A DNA stretch of 64,000 nt, taken from IMG/VR virus record IMGVR_UViG_3300032401_000004. The stretch is one strand, 5' to 3'. Under the pieces are notes generated by a model. It saw only the letters and a program-made list of their open reading frames with translations, did not search any database and was not told the origin of the DNA. Shown here piece by piece: positions 37,352-45,943 of this stretch. The DNA comes from an uncultured virus (IMG/VR IMGVR_UViG_3300032401_000004) (Duplodnaviria; Heunggongvirae; Uroviricota; Caudoviricetes). Within the stretch, counting starts at the first letter, position 1, and each line of letters opens with the position of its first letter. The position numbers and the translations under genes were made by a program.

Positions 37352-37999
37352 CTACTTCGTGACAGCCGAGCGCACCAGGCCGTGCAAGAAGCAGGTCACG
37401 AGCATGGGCTGCTCCGTGGTCGGGTTCACGTACGGAATGGGCGGGGTCTGCGTCGAGAGCCACTGGCGCGGGTCGAAGCGCAAGAGGCCTTCCAGCTCGT
37501 GATTCTGGTTAAGGAGCTGCTTTTTCACGAGCTTCGAGGCTGAAGCCGTCGCGGGCACGCCGACCGAGACGATACCTGCATCGGTCTCGGTGGTGTTGCC
37601 GTAGAGGCCGTAGCCGCTCGGGAAGCAGATGGCTTGCCCTTCCGCCTGGAGAAGATCGTTAATCTTCATGCGGAAGTACGCGTTGTCCACGACCTTCTTG
37701 ATGTCGCGAGGCACGGTGATGGTGTCACCGAGGGCCAAGCGGAAATACAGGCCAATGCGGTCGAGCACCATCGACTCACCAGACGACAGCTTGCGCGGCG
37801 TCTTGATGTTGGTGTCGGTGTCGCGCTTGCCCTGGATGTCTGCGAAGAAGATGAACTGCGTGCCAGGAACGATCGCGCCCGCCGGAATGGCGATCGTGTC
37901 CCACTTGTCGCTTTCGCGAAAGTCACGGATGTTCAGAATCTGTTGGGTCTCGGAGTCTTTGAACAGGCCCGGCTGGCCATCGATCGGGTTCATTGCCAT
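37352..37999 (-). CDS. Putative single jelly-roll major capsid protein
   Basis: 215 aa and beta-rich (WDT..., FF...K...DTN...L, FLHGL). Strongly biased codons and central position in the late module. Fold is inferred only. Confidence 0.5.
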   Translation of the reverse strand: MAMNPIDGQPGLFKDSETQQILNIRDFRESDKWDTIAIPAGAIVPGTQFIFFADIQGKRDTDTNIKTPRKLSSGESMVLDRIGLYFRLALGDTITVPRDIKKVVDNAYFRMKINDLLQAEGQAICFPSGYGLYGNTTETDAGIVSVGVPATASASKLVKKQLLNQNHELEGLLRFDPRQWLSTQTPPIPYVNPTTEQPMLVTCFLHGLVRSAVTK

Positions 38000-38088
38000 A
38001 ACGGTTTCTCTCTTTTCGTCAAAAAGTGGGGTTTTGTGAGCACACGCCGCTCATCCATGGCGTTCGGGACGATTCGGCCGGGCCGAGA

Positions 38089-38703
38089 TCACGACATGTA
38101 CGGGTTGTAGTTCTCGCCGAGGGTCTCGCCAGCCACGACGGCTGCGTCGAGACCGTTGAAGCCCATCAGGGCCTCGGGGTTGACGACGGTGCCGTGCAGG
38201 CCGCCGAACGCGCCGCGCGATGCACGAACGCTGGTCGCGCCCATGCCACTGTCATCACTGCCGTAGGCAGCGAGCAGCGCTTGGTCGCTCTGGGAGAGCG
38301 AGTCGTCGCCTGCAGCTGCGAACGATCCGAGCGGGTACACCGCCGTCGCGCCGCCGCCGATCAGGTTCTTCTCGAAGTAACTGTCGATCAGCTGCGCCAG
38401 GCCGAGGCCCGACACGCCGCCCACGATGGCCATCGCGGCATCGCGGTTCTTGTCCCAGAGCAGACGGCCACCAATCATGCCGCCGAGGATGCCGACGAGG
38501 GCAGCCACGCGGTGACGGTTGGGTTCCTCCATCTTCGAGAGCATCTCCGAAGCCGACAGCTTCGGCAGCGCCCATGCTGCCAAGAGAATCGACGCGGCGC
38601 TTGCGCCCGCAGCGATCACTTGATCTTTGAGCATCTCGGCCGAGTACAGGCCGCCCATGCCGTCGTCGTACATGTCCAAACCCATCAGGTCGTCGTATGC
38701 CAT
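38089..38703 (-). CDS. Multi-TM virion membrane protein rich in (G/L)MG and LG motifs
   Basis: Hydrophobic segments; LMGLD, GMGG, GMGA, LMGFNGLD and TLGE. Confidence 0.7.
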   Translation of the reverse strand: MAYDDLMGLDMYDDGMGGLYSAEMLKDQVIAAGASAASILLAAWALPKLSASEMLSKMEEPNRHRVAALVGILGGMIGGRLLWDKNRDAAMAIVGGVSGLGLAQLIDSYFEKNLIGGGATAVYPLGSFAAAGDDSLSQSDQALLAAYGSDDSGMGATSVRASRGAFGGLHGTVVNPEALMGFNGLDAAVVAGETLGENYNPYMS

Positions 38704-38820
38704 CGTGATGTTGCCTCCAGTTAGGGGTCCACGTTTCATACGGGACCGAGCGTTCGCAGCGACGATGAACTGTCGCTACGACGCAAACCTAACGCCGGAA
38801 GATTTCACGAGTCAATAGAA

Positions 38821-39540
38821 TCAGAGATTGAAGACACGCGCTTCAGCGATCATCGACTTCGGTGGCTCCCATCCAAACGGCATCGCAACACTCGCGTCGA
38901 AGCTGATCCACTTGCGCGGTCGTGCACGCGGCAAACCAATCTGCGCGTAGATGTGATTCCATGTTGGTGCGCCCTTGGTTCGGATGACCTTGAAGCGACA
39001 AGGCAGACCGAGTGTTGCAGCAGCAGCACACGCAAGCGTCGAGTAGTCGTCGCAGTCTCCGGTATGCAACGCGAGCGTGTGACTCGGTTTTTGGTACGTG
39101 TCGATTCCGGCAATATCCGAGGTGTATCGGACGTTTGCGCGCACGGCATCGAACAGGGCCTTGGCCTCTGCAAAGTTGTTTTTTTCCGGCACGCACCAGT
39201 TGTCGCCACAGCGGGCGTTTACAGCCCGGCGGGCAAACTCAAACACAGCCGGGTCTCGTTTTCCGGCCTGTACCAGTTCGCGGAGGTAGTCGATGCGCCC
39301 GTCTAAGTCCTTGATAAGATAGGTGCGCAGACGGATGCTGCCCGATGGTGTCGGGACGAAAACGTCGTCCAAACTACTTACACCTACAGGTCTCACTTTT
39401 TTTCGCGAGGCGGGTCTGGACGGCCCTCTGGAGGGTCTTCGAGACGTTCCAGAGGCCTCCTTCAGGTGGCGAACGCCACCAGAAATCTGACGAAGACCCA
39501 TCGCGATGCCTGCGAGACCAAGGACGAGTTTGAGCGACAT
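38821..39540 (-). CDS. Transglutaminase-fold cysteine enzyme (putative maturation protease) with N-terminal anchor
   Basis: VRYTSD, TGDCDD (Cys), WNHIY (His) and SFDAS (Asp) form the triad. Confidence 0.85.
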   Translation of the reverse strand: MSLKLVLGLAGIAMGLRQISGGVRHLKEASGTSRRPSRGPSRPASRKKVRPVGVSSLDDVFVPTPSGSIRLRTYLIKDLDGRIDYLRELVQAGKRDPAVFEFARRAVNARCGDNWCVPEKNNFAEAKALFDAVRANVRYTSDIAGIDTYQKPSHTLALHTGDCDDYSTLACAAAATLGLPCRFKVIRTKGAPTWNHIYAQIGLPRARPRKWISFDASVAMPFGWEPPKSMIAEARVFNL

Positions 39541-39635
39541 GGGTAGAGCCTACGCTTGGCCGCGTGTGTGTGTCCAGACGGCGTTGGGATCGTGCTTATG
39601 CGCAAGCGTACAAACGTACTACGCAAGCAAGCGAA

Positions 39636-39749
39636 CTACAGGCACAAGATCCGTTGACGCCGTCGATGCGAAACGCCTACTGGGACGGTGTGCCGGAGCT
39701 GGAGCTGGAGCTGGAAGACTGAATGTAGCGGTTTGATAAGAAGAAGCAC
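39636..39749 (-). pseudogene. Degenerate third copy of the spike-gene 5' end
   Basis: (V)LLLIKPLHSVFQLQLQLRHTVPVGV versus MLPLIKPPHSTFRLRYSGPVGV. Confidence 0.7.
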
Positions 39750-39761
39750 GGTCTTGTGTGC

Positions 39762-41057
39762 CTAGGGTGTTGCGTCGTTCAGAAGCTTCTTTGTCCAGCC
39801 GACGATCACGTTGCCGCCCTCAACGAGCGAGGTGTTGCTCGCGAGGTCCAGACGCAAGAACTTGCCCGCCGGTCCCGTGTACGTGCCCGCCATGCCGCAC
39901 GAGAAAAAGCCTGCTGGCGGGAAGGCCACCGCAACATCCCCTGTGCATGTGAAGCCTGCCTGGAAACGGCAGATGTTGAACGTGGCCCATGTGTTGCACG
40001 TCAGCAGTCCACTGAAGCGCGAGCGCCAAGCGCCGAAAATGTTGGACGCGGTGCCAAAGTTTGCGGCCTTGCGGAAGCGAGCGTTCACGAGCTGCAGCGT
40101 GATGATCGGATTCTTGCCGTTCATGTCCACACACTCGGCAAACGTGTTTCCGAATATCTCGCAGTTCAAGCCAAACTCGCAGTGTCCTGAGAGCGGCTGT
40201 CCGCCCGTCACGAGGTCGATCTTGATCTGTCCTGCGATGCGTGGGCCGTACCACGCGAGGTGATTGGTGCCAAAGTACGGCGTGCTGTCGAGAGAGCCGA
40301 TGATCACCGAGGGACGAATGTCTTCTGTGAGCGCACGAGAGTCTCCTGTGATCGTGATGGAGCGGTTGCTCACAGCGTTCGGTGCCCAGTTGACCGCGTC
40401 GAAGACGCCGAGCATCCACCCACCCCGGCCGGTGATCTGCAAATGGAAACCGTTTGTGACGTCGATGGTGACGTCCTCGTCGTACTGCGTGAACGGCGCA
40501 GGGTCGATCACGTAGCCTGAGCGAAAGCGCGCTGCCGAGTCCACCGGCCCCAGCGCGTCGTGTGCGGCCTTGCAGGCGTTCACAGCGGCTTGCAGGGTCT
40601 TGTACGGGATGTCGCTGCCCACAGCGGCTGTGGCGTCATTACCCAGGACGGAATCCAGACGCGCGACGTTCGTCGTGCCGACGGCCGGTGCGCTCGGAAC
40701 GCTCGGCTTCGCGATGAAGTACGCCTGGCTCCCGGCCGCCAGACCCTCGATGGAGTGCAGGTACCAGACGTCGAGAGCCAGGACATCCGTGGGGGCCGCT
40801 GCAGACAACGTCAGAACCAACGTCGTAGGAGTGCCTGTGACAGGCAGGAACGACACTGCTGACGCGACAGCAGACACGCCAGAGTCAATCTGCTGCACGA
40901 AGACCAGGACGCTCTGCTTGAAGTCGCGGGTAGCACGCACCGCTTCTGGCAGAGCCGTGAGATCCCAGGTCTGTTGTACGCTGACACCTGCCACGCCCAC
41001 TGGGCCGCTGTACCGGAGCCGGAAGGTTGAGTGAGGGGGTTTGATGAGTGGAAGCAT
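39762..41057 (-). CDS. Putative receptor-binding spike or fibre, paralog 1
   Basis: About 118 N-terminal aa nearly identical to 41178-42752, then GND..A...PYKTLQAA and a beta-helix-like body. Confidence 0.7.
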   Translation of the reverse strand: MLPLIKPPHSTFRLRYSGPVGVAGVSVQQTWDLTALPEAVRATRDFKQSVLVFVQQIDSGVSAVASAVSFLPVTGTPTTLVLTLSAAAPTDVLALDVWYLHSIEGLAAGSQAYFIAKPSVPSAPAVGTTNVARLDSVLGNDATAAVGSDIPYKTLQAAVNACKAAHDALGPVDSAARFRSGYVIDPAPFTQYDEDVTIDVTNGFHLQITGRGGWMLGVFDAVNWAPNAVSNRSITITGDSRALTEDIRPSVIIGSLDSTPYFGTNHLAWYGPRIAGQIKIDLVTGGQPLSGHCEFGLNCEIFGNTFAECVDMNGKNPIITLQLVNARFRKAANFGTASNIFGAWRSRFSGLLTCNTWATFNICRFQAGFTCTGDVAVAFPPAGFFSCGMAGTYTGPAGKFLRLDLASNTSLVEGGNVIVGWTKKLLNDATP

Positions 41058-41177
41058 GTGCCCCGCTTTCTGGGAGTCTAGGGTAGAATCTCGTAGGAGA
41101 ATGAAAACTGTAGGTATTGCAGAGCCACGGTGGTTGCGCTCCAAAGCACCTGTGCGAGATCGGTCACGTTGCGTGAC

Positions 41178-42752
41178 TTACGGGATGGGTCCACCCAGCA
41201 AACCAGCGACGGCTGCTGCAAGGCGGTCCAGTGCCGTCCATACGTCGGTCGGGCTGCCCGCCCAGTTGGCGGGTGCTGCGGGCGTGTAGGGGATCAGGTT
41301 TTTGTTTGTTGGCTCGCGCGAAAGCATGAACCACTGGGCACCTGCGCTCGTATATTGCCATGTGCGGACGTCGCCACTGCCTGGCAATGGGGCGCTGGCT
41401 CCTAGCAACCCGGTGTCATCGACTATCATGTCCGCGCCGAAAGCGACCACGGTGCCGGGGCCGAAACCGACTGGATCATAGACAGCGAAGCGGGCACCAT
41501 CTACTCCAGCGGGCAGCGTGAGCACGTAGGCGGGAGGGGCAACAGCGGCATACGTGAAGCCCGGCGTTATAGCCTGCGACGCCGCCACCTGCAGGGCCCG
41601 CAAACCCGGCTCTAGCTTCAGTGCGTCAATCGCTCCCTGCACGTTACTTGAACCAAGCAGCGGGAGCACAAGCGTGTCGTCGTAGGACGTGCCTCGTGCG
41701 GTGGACATTGGCACTGCGTTTACGGTGCCGAGGAAAAGTGTCTGTGTGACTTGGGGTGCGCTTGAATCGAGAATTTCAAGCAGCGTGGTCGTGGCGTCGC
41801 CAGAGAAAAGCTGTGGTGAGTAAGCGTCCGCGCCCGAAAACGCTTGAGAGCCCGCCTGCGAAATGATCGCGTGGATGATCACCTTTCCCGGCTCGACAGC
41901 AATCATGGCCAGCGATGGGTCGGCCGCGTTGTTGTTGAACGTCGCCCCCTCAAAAGCCGCGATCTCTGAAAATGTTCCTGCCATGCGGATGGCCGACTTG
42001 GTGGACCCAAGCTCCAGGTTGACTTGCCCGCCCTCGCGACAGATCAAGACCCCTCCGTCGACGTTTTGCAACAACATGTCGTGCTGCGTACACACACCAT
42101 TCACCGCCACCGACTTGACGGTGAAGAGGTTGCGCAGTCTCCCCCCGTCGGTGATTGTCGCCGTCATTATCGCGCCCAGGAGCAGTGTGTACCCCACGAG
42201 CTGCACCCGGCCAAAACACTCAGTGTCCGTTTCCTCAGGGATGATTGCTGGCGCGATGCTGCTGTCCACCTGCACGATGATGTTGCCCGACGTGGCTGCA
42301 ATGCGTGCTTCGACTTCCGCCCACGTCTCAACCACCGCACCGTTCGACGGCACGCCGGGTCGCCAGATGATGTTCTCTTGTGCCCCGCTGCCCGCGCCGG
42401 GCTTCGCCACGAAGTACGCCTGGCTGCCCGCCGCCAGACCCTCGATGGAGTGTAGGTACCAGACGTCGAGAGCCAGTACATCTGTAGTGGCCGCCGCCGT
42501 CAGCGTCAACACCAGTGTCGTGGGGGTGCCTGTAACGGGCAGAAACGAAACTGCTGACGCAACAGAAGACACGCCAGAGTCAATCTGCTGCACGAACACC
42601 AGGATGCTCTGCTTGAAGTCACGGGTAGCCCGCACGGCTTCGGGTAGAGCCGTGAGATCCCAGGTCTGTTGTACGCCGACACCGGCCACGCCCACTGGGC
42701 CGGTGTACCGGAGACGGAAGGCCGAGTGGGGGGGTTTGATGAGAGGAAGCAT
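41178..42752 (-). CDS. Putative receptor-binding spike or fibre, paralog 2
   Basis: Shared N-terminal domain, different body, with NVQGAIDAL and DVWTALDRL fibre-type motifs. Confidence 0.7.
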   Translation of the reverse strand: MLPLIKPPHSAFRLRYTGPVGVAGVGVQQTWDLTALPEAVRATRDFKQSILVFVQQIDSGVSSVASAVSFLPVTGTPTTLVLTLTAAATTDVLALDVWYLHSIEGLAAGSQAYFVAKPGAGSGAQENIIWRPGVPSNGAVVETWAEVEARIAATSGNIIVQVDSSIAPAIIPEETDTECFGRVQLVGYTLLLGAIMTATITDGGRLRNLFTVKSVAVNGVCTQHDMLLQNVDGGVLICREGGQVNLELGSTKSAIRMAGTFSEIAAFEGATFNNNAADPSLAMIAVEPGKVIIHAIISQAGSQAFSGADAYSPQLFSGDATTTLLEILDSSAPQVTQTLFLGTVNAVPMSTARGTSYDDTLVLPLLGSSNVQGAIDALKLEPGLRALQVAASQAITPGFTYAAVAPPAYVLTLPAGVDGARFAVYDPVGFGPGTVVAFGADMIVDDTGLLGASAPLPGSGDVRTWQYTSAGAQWFMLSREPTNKNLIPYTPAAPANWAGSPTDVWTALDRLAAAVAGLLGGPIP

Positions 42753-42755
42753 GCG

Positions 42756-43355
42756 TTACGCTTTCTGAGAGAGATAATACGTGATTCCGAGCGCGCCTAA
42801 CAACGCGGCCACAACGGGCACAGAAGCTCGTCGCCCTAGACACTCCCACGACGGGCCCTCTACCACGCGGTACCGTCCCGGCGGGTTACCCACTTCGACA
42901 GCGTGGGCTTTTGACTCTCGGGCCCACTGCTTGGCGTCGCGCTTGTCCGCGTAGGTCTCGCACATGGAGTGCCAGCGGTCTGTGCGGCTGGATCTGAACT
43001 CGACGTGAAACTTCGGATCCCCCAGAGGAAAACCATCGAGGTGAAACCTTTTGAGCTTCACGTAGTACTTCGGATCTTCCGCGAGGTGATCCATCGCGAT
43101 CTGTTTGGCGATGGCGCGCTTGTTCGTGTGCTCCATCTCAACGTCGGTGCCGCGTTTGAGCTGCTTGGCATTGAACGCGCTCGGGCGCATGCCGTGTGCT
43201 TTGCCGCCGACCATACCAAGACCTCGGTGCTTGTTGACCGTGGCCGCAGCGATGCGCTTGCACGTCGAGACCGAGCGCCGCTTGTCGCGCGCATGGCAGC
43301 TCTTCACGATGTGCTTGTACTGTCGCTCGTCCTTAGGGGACCAGTAACTGGGCAT
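42756..43355 (-). CDS. Multi-module protein with a DUF5661-like domain and C-terminal TM
   Basis: QLKRGTDVEMEHT...IAMDHLAEDPKYY. Modules are separated by RGLGM, PLGD and CLGR. Confidence 0.7.
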   Translation of the reverse strand: MPSYWSPKDERQYKHIVKSCHARDKRRSVSTCKRIAAATVNKHRGLGMVGGKAHGMRPSAFNAKQLKRGTDVEMEHTNKRAIAKQIAMDHLAEDPKYYVKLKRFHLDGFPLGDPKFHVEFRSSRTDRWHSMCETYADKRDAKQWARESKAHAVEVGNPPGRYRVVEGPSWECLGRRASVPVVAALLGALGITYYLSQKA

Positions 43356-43366
43356 GGCAGGCTCCG

Positions 43367-44014
43367 TCAGAGGCTGGTGTACAGCCCCGTCTTCTCGGTG
43401 ATGATACTCCGAAGCTGGTCCACGTAGATACCACTTGCCTCAGAAAGCACTTTTCGCTCGTAGTATGGTGGCTTTTTGGAGTTTCGAACCTTCAAGAACT
43501 GCATCGTGTAGGTGTCGTCGGGGTCGAGCTGCACGCGGACGTGGGTCACGCCCTGGGCGTTGCGCCCGATCTTGAAGGTGAGCGAGTTCGCGTCGCCCAT
43601 CAGGTCTTTGGCCCCGAGCATCAAGAATGCCTTGCGGCCGATCTGGTCGGAGATGGTCTGCGCGACGATCATGTCGGTGGCTCCTAGTCCTGCGCTCTTG
43701 AGCTTCGCATAGAGTGAGCTTGCGGTCTTGTGCAGGCCGCGAGCTGCGCGAGCGTCTCCGTAGCCTTCCGACTCCGAGCGCCCTTTGTCAATGGCATCGT
43801 CGATGCCGTTCATCTCTTCCAGGATGAGACGACGCAGCAGCTCAGCATCGGGTACAGCCAGACCCGGTGTGCCGGTCGCTGCAGTACGTCCGAAGTGCTC
43901 GGCCACGGTCTCGATCACGGACGCGATGCTCTCGTCTTCGTCTTCGACGTAGCGGCCGATCAGCTCGACCTCGACGAACGATGCTTGGGCGGGCGTCAAC
44001 GGTAGTATCTTCAT
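43367..44014 (-). CDS. Two-domain protein joined at AGLGATD
   Basis: Acidic helical N-domain; the C-domain begins MIVAQTI..QIG. Confidence 0.7.
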   Translation of the reverse strand: MKILPLTPAQASFVEVELIGRYVEDEDESIASVIETVAEHFGRTAATGTPGLAVPDAELLRRLILEEMNGIDDAIDKGRSESEGYGDARAARGLHKTASSLYAKLKSAGLGATDMIVAQTISDQIGRKAFLMLGAKDLMGDANSLTFKIGRNAQGVTHVRVQLDPDDTYTMQFLKVRNSKKPPYYERKVLSEASGIYVDQLRSIITEKTGLYTSL

Positions 44015-44022
44015 TCATGGCC

Positions 44023-44505
44023 TCACTCAGCGTAAAAAACGCTGCCCTTCAAAAGCTTCTTTTCTAGAGCTTCTTTTCTAGGCACCAAAGCTTCTTCCAT
44101 GCGCTTGAGTGCGCGCACGAAGTAGTCATTGCTCAACGGCCGAAAGCCGCTCGGCGGCTTGCGTGCTGTACGGACGCGACCGATGGCCGACTGCGCTGTG
44201 CTGCCGTTGAGCATCATGGCCAAGGCCACGACGATGCCAGAGCGGTTGCGGCCTTCGTAGCAAGTCACCAAGACGCGCTTGCCTTCAGCGCGGAGCTTGT
44301 TCACTTGCTTTGCCGTCTTGATCACAAGCGCCATCTCATCATTGGTGGGTTTGGAGTCGTCGATGGGTGCGTTGATGGTGCGGCACGGCAGCTCGGGCTG
44401 GTGCTCCGCTGCACAAAGAACGATGACGTCGAACGCAGCACAAGCCTCGGGCGACGGTCGGCCGCCCATCCAGAGCTTCGGTGCGATGCGGTGCGCGTCG
44501 ATCAC
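44023..44505 (-). CDS. Dual-specificity (CX5R) protein phosphatase
   Basis: LWMG, PIDD and VLVTCYEGRNRS. Confidence 0.85.
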   Translation of the reverse strand: MIDAHRIAPKLWMGGRPSPEACAAFDVIVLCAAEHQPELPCRTINAPIDDSKPTNDEMALVIKTAKQVNKLRAEGKRVLVTCYEGRNRSGIVVALAMMLNGSTAQSAIGRVRTARKPPSGFRPLSNDYFVRALKRMEEALVPRKEALEKKLLKGSVFYAE

Positions 44506-45035
44506 GGCAGCGGTCCTGTCGCCACGGGCCCTTGGATTACTTCACCCATGCCGTTGACCAGGCACACGTCCACGACGCACTGCTCCAGCCCCTTGACGAC
44601 GAGCTTGTAGAGCTTGGTGCCTTTGGATCCGGCGCGGATGACGAAGACCGTGATGCTGCGGTTACTGCCGCGATCAGAAGCCTGTCGCCAGACCTCGAAG
44701 TTCTTACCGCCGATGCGCACGGGGTCTCCGTGTTTGAGGGCGGTGAGCTTCTGCAAGCAGTCGTCTCTAGAATCCCCGAGGCCTGAACGCCGAGCATCGC
44801 GATCCTGCGCAATCTCACGCTTGAAGCGTCGGGTGTACTCCTCGTTGAAAGCTCGCAGTGCGGCAAAGGCGGCATCGGCTGCATGCTTGGCGTTTTGCCA
44901 CTTGGGTGTGGCTCGCACGCTATCCGGCGTAACGCCCATCGGCCCGCCGCCAGACAAGGCCTTCAGAGCGCGCCCGGTACGTTCGTACTCGGCGTGCAGC
45001 TGATCGTGGCGCTCTTTGGCTTGGGCGTACCCCAT
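44502..45035 (-). CDS. Two-domain protein joined at SGLGDS
   Basis: Helical N-domain (GPMGVTPDSVR) and beta C-domain. Confidence 0.7.
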   Translation of the reverse strand: MGYAQAKERHDQLHAEYERTGRALKALSGGGPMGVTPDSVRATPKWQNAKHAADAAFAALRAFNEEYTRRFKREIAQDRDARRSGLGDSRDDCLQKLTALKHGDPVRIGGKNFEVWRQASDRGSNRSITVFVIRAGSKGTKLYKLVVKGLEQCVVDVCLVNGMGEVIQGPVATGPLP

Positions 45036-45044
45036 CAGTCGAAC

Positions 45045-45362
45045 CTATTGCCCTGGCGCTCTTCCGTTTCCAACCAGTCGCCCCCAGCTCGTGACCCAGA
45101 TGCGGTCCTTGCCGATGTCGAGCAGGATCGTCGTCGAGTACGTGTCGCCTCTGTTCACGTAGTACGCCTCGGCTTTGCCGTTCCTGCTCCGTAAGTGCTC
45201 AACGCCGTGGCCGTCGAGCAGCCCGTTGGCTTCGGTCATCATGTCGCGGCTCTTGATGCTCTCGTGCTTCCAGTCTTCGAAGAGGTGGCGAAGCTGATTA
45301 TTCCTCTCTTGAAGCTCGGGGAGCCGCTTGTGGAGCATGTCTTTGCTGGGGATGTGTCGCAT
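45045..45362 (-). CDS. Hypothetical protein
   Basis: YVNRGDTYSTTI. Confidence 0.65.
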   Translation of the reverse strand: MRHIPSKDMLHKRLPELQERNNQLRHLFEDWKHESIKSRDMMTEANGLLDGHGVEHLRSRNGKAEAYYVNRGDTYSTTILLDIGKDRIWVTSWGRLVGNGRAPGQ

Positions 45363-45371
45363 GGTCTTGTC

Positions 45372-45941
45372 TCACGCTCGCGGCATGATCCCTTTGTCGA
45401 GGAAGCTGTAGTACGTGGTCGGATCATCGGTAACGATGACGTGGTCAAGCAACGTCATGCCGACCAAGTCCGCGCCTTTGACCAGGCGCTTGGTTAGCTC
45501 AACGTCAGCCTCGCTCGGCGTGGCCACACCCGAAGGGTGGTTGTGCGCGACGATGAAGGACACGCCGCCCGAGAGCACGGCGGCTTGAAAGATGATGCTG
45601 GCGTCCACGTTGGCGAAGATGCGTCCGCCGATGTGCGGCACCGCGATTGCGACGGGCACGTTCTTGGAGTCCACGCACACGATCATCAAGAACTCTCGAC
45701 CTCGACCCACGTACGGGATGGTTTCGTGGAGTAGGCGCGCGATGTCGCGCGAGCTAGCGATGGCCGGGTGGTCTTTGTCAGACTTCTTCTTCTTGCGCGG
45801 CACCTCCACGCAAGTGTCGAACTTCATCCAGCCGTAGCGCGTCTTGGTGGACGCGCAGAGCTTACGACGTGTCTGCTGCACCTCGGGGTCAGACTCGATG
45901 TCGCCGAGCGTGATGTGCTCTTGGGGGATGGGGTACTTCAT
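45372..45941 (-). CDS. JAB/RadC-like metalloprotein
   Basis: RE.L, VAHNHPSG..PSEAD and LLDHVIV. Confidence 0.9.
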   Translation of the reverse strand: MKYPIPQEHITLGDIESDPEVQQTRRKLCASTKTRYGWMKFDTCVEVPRKKKKSDKDHPAIASSRDIARLLHETIPYVGRGREFLMIVCVDSKNVPVAIAVPHIGGRIFANVDASIIFQAAVLSGGVSFIVAHNHPSGVATPSEADVELTKRLVKGADLVGMTLLDHVIVTDDPTTYYSFLDKGIMPRA

Positions 45942-45943
45942 GG

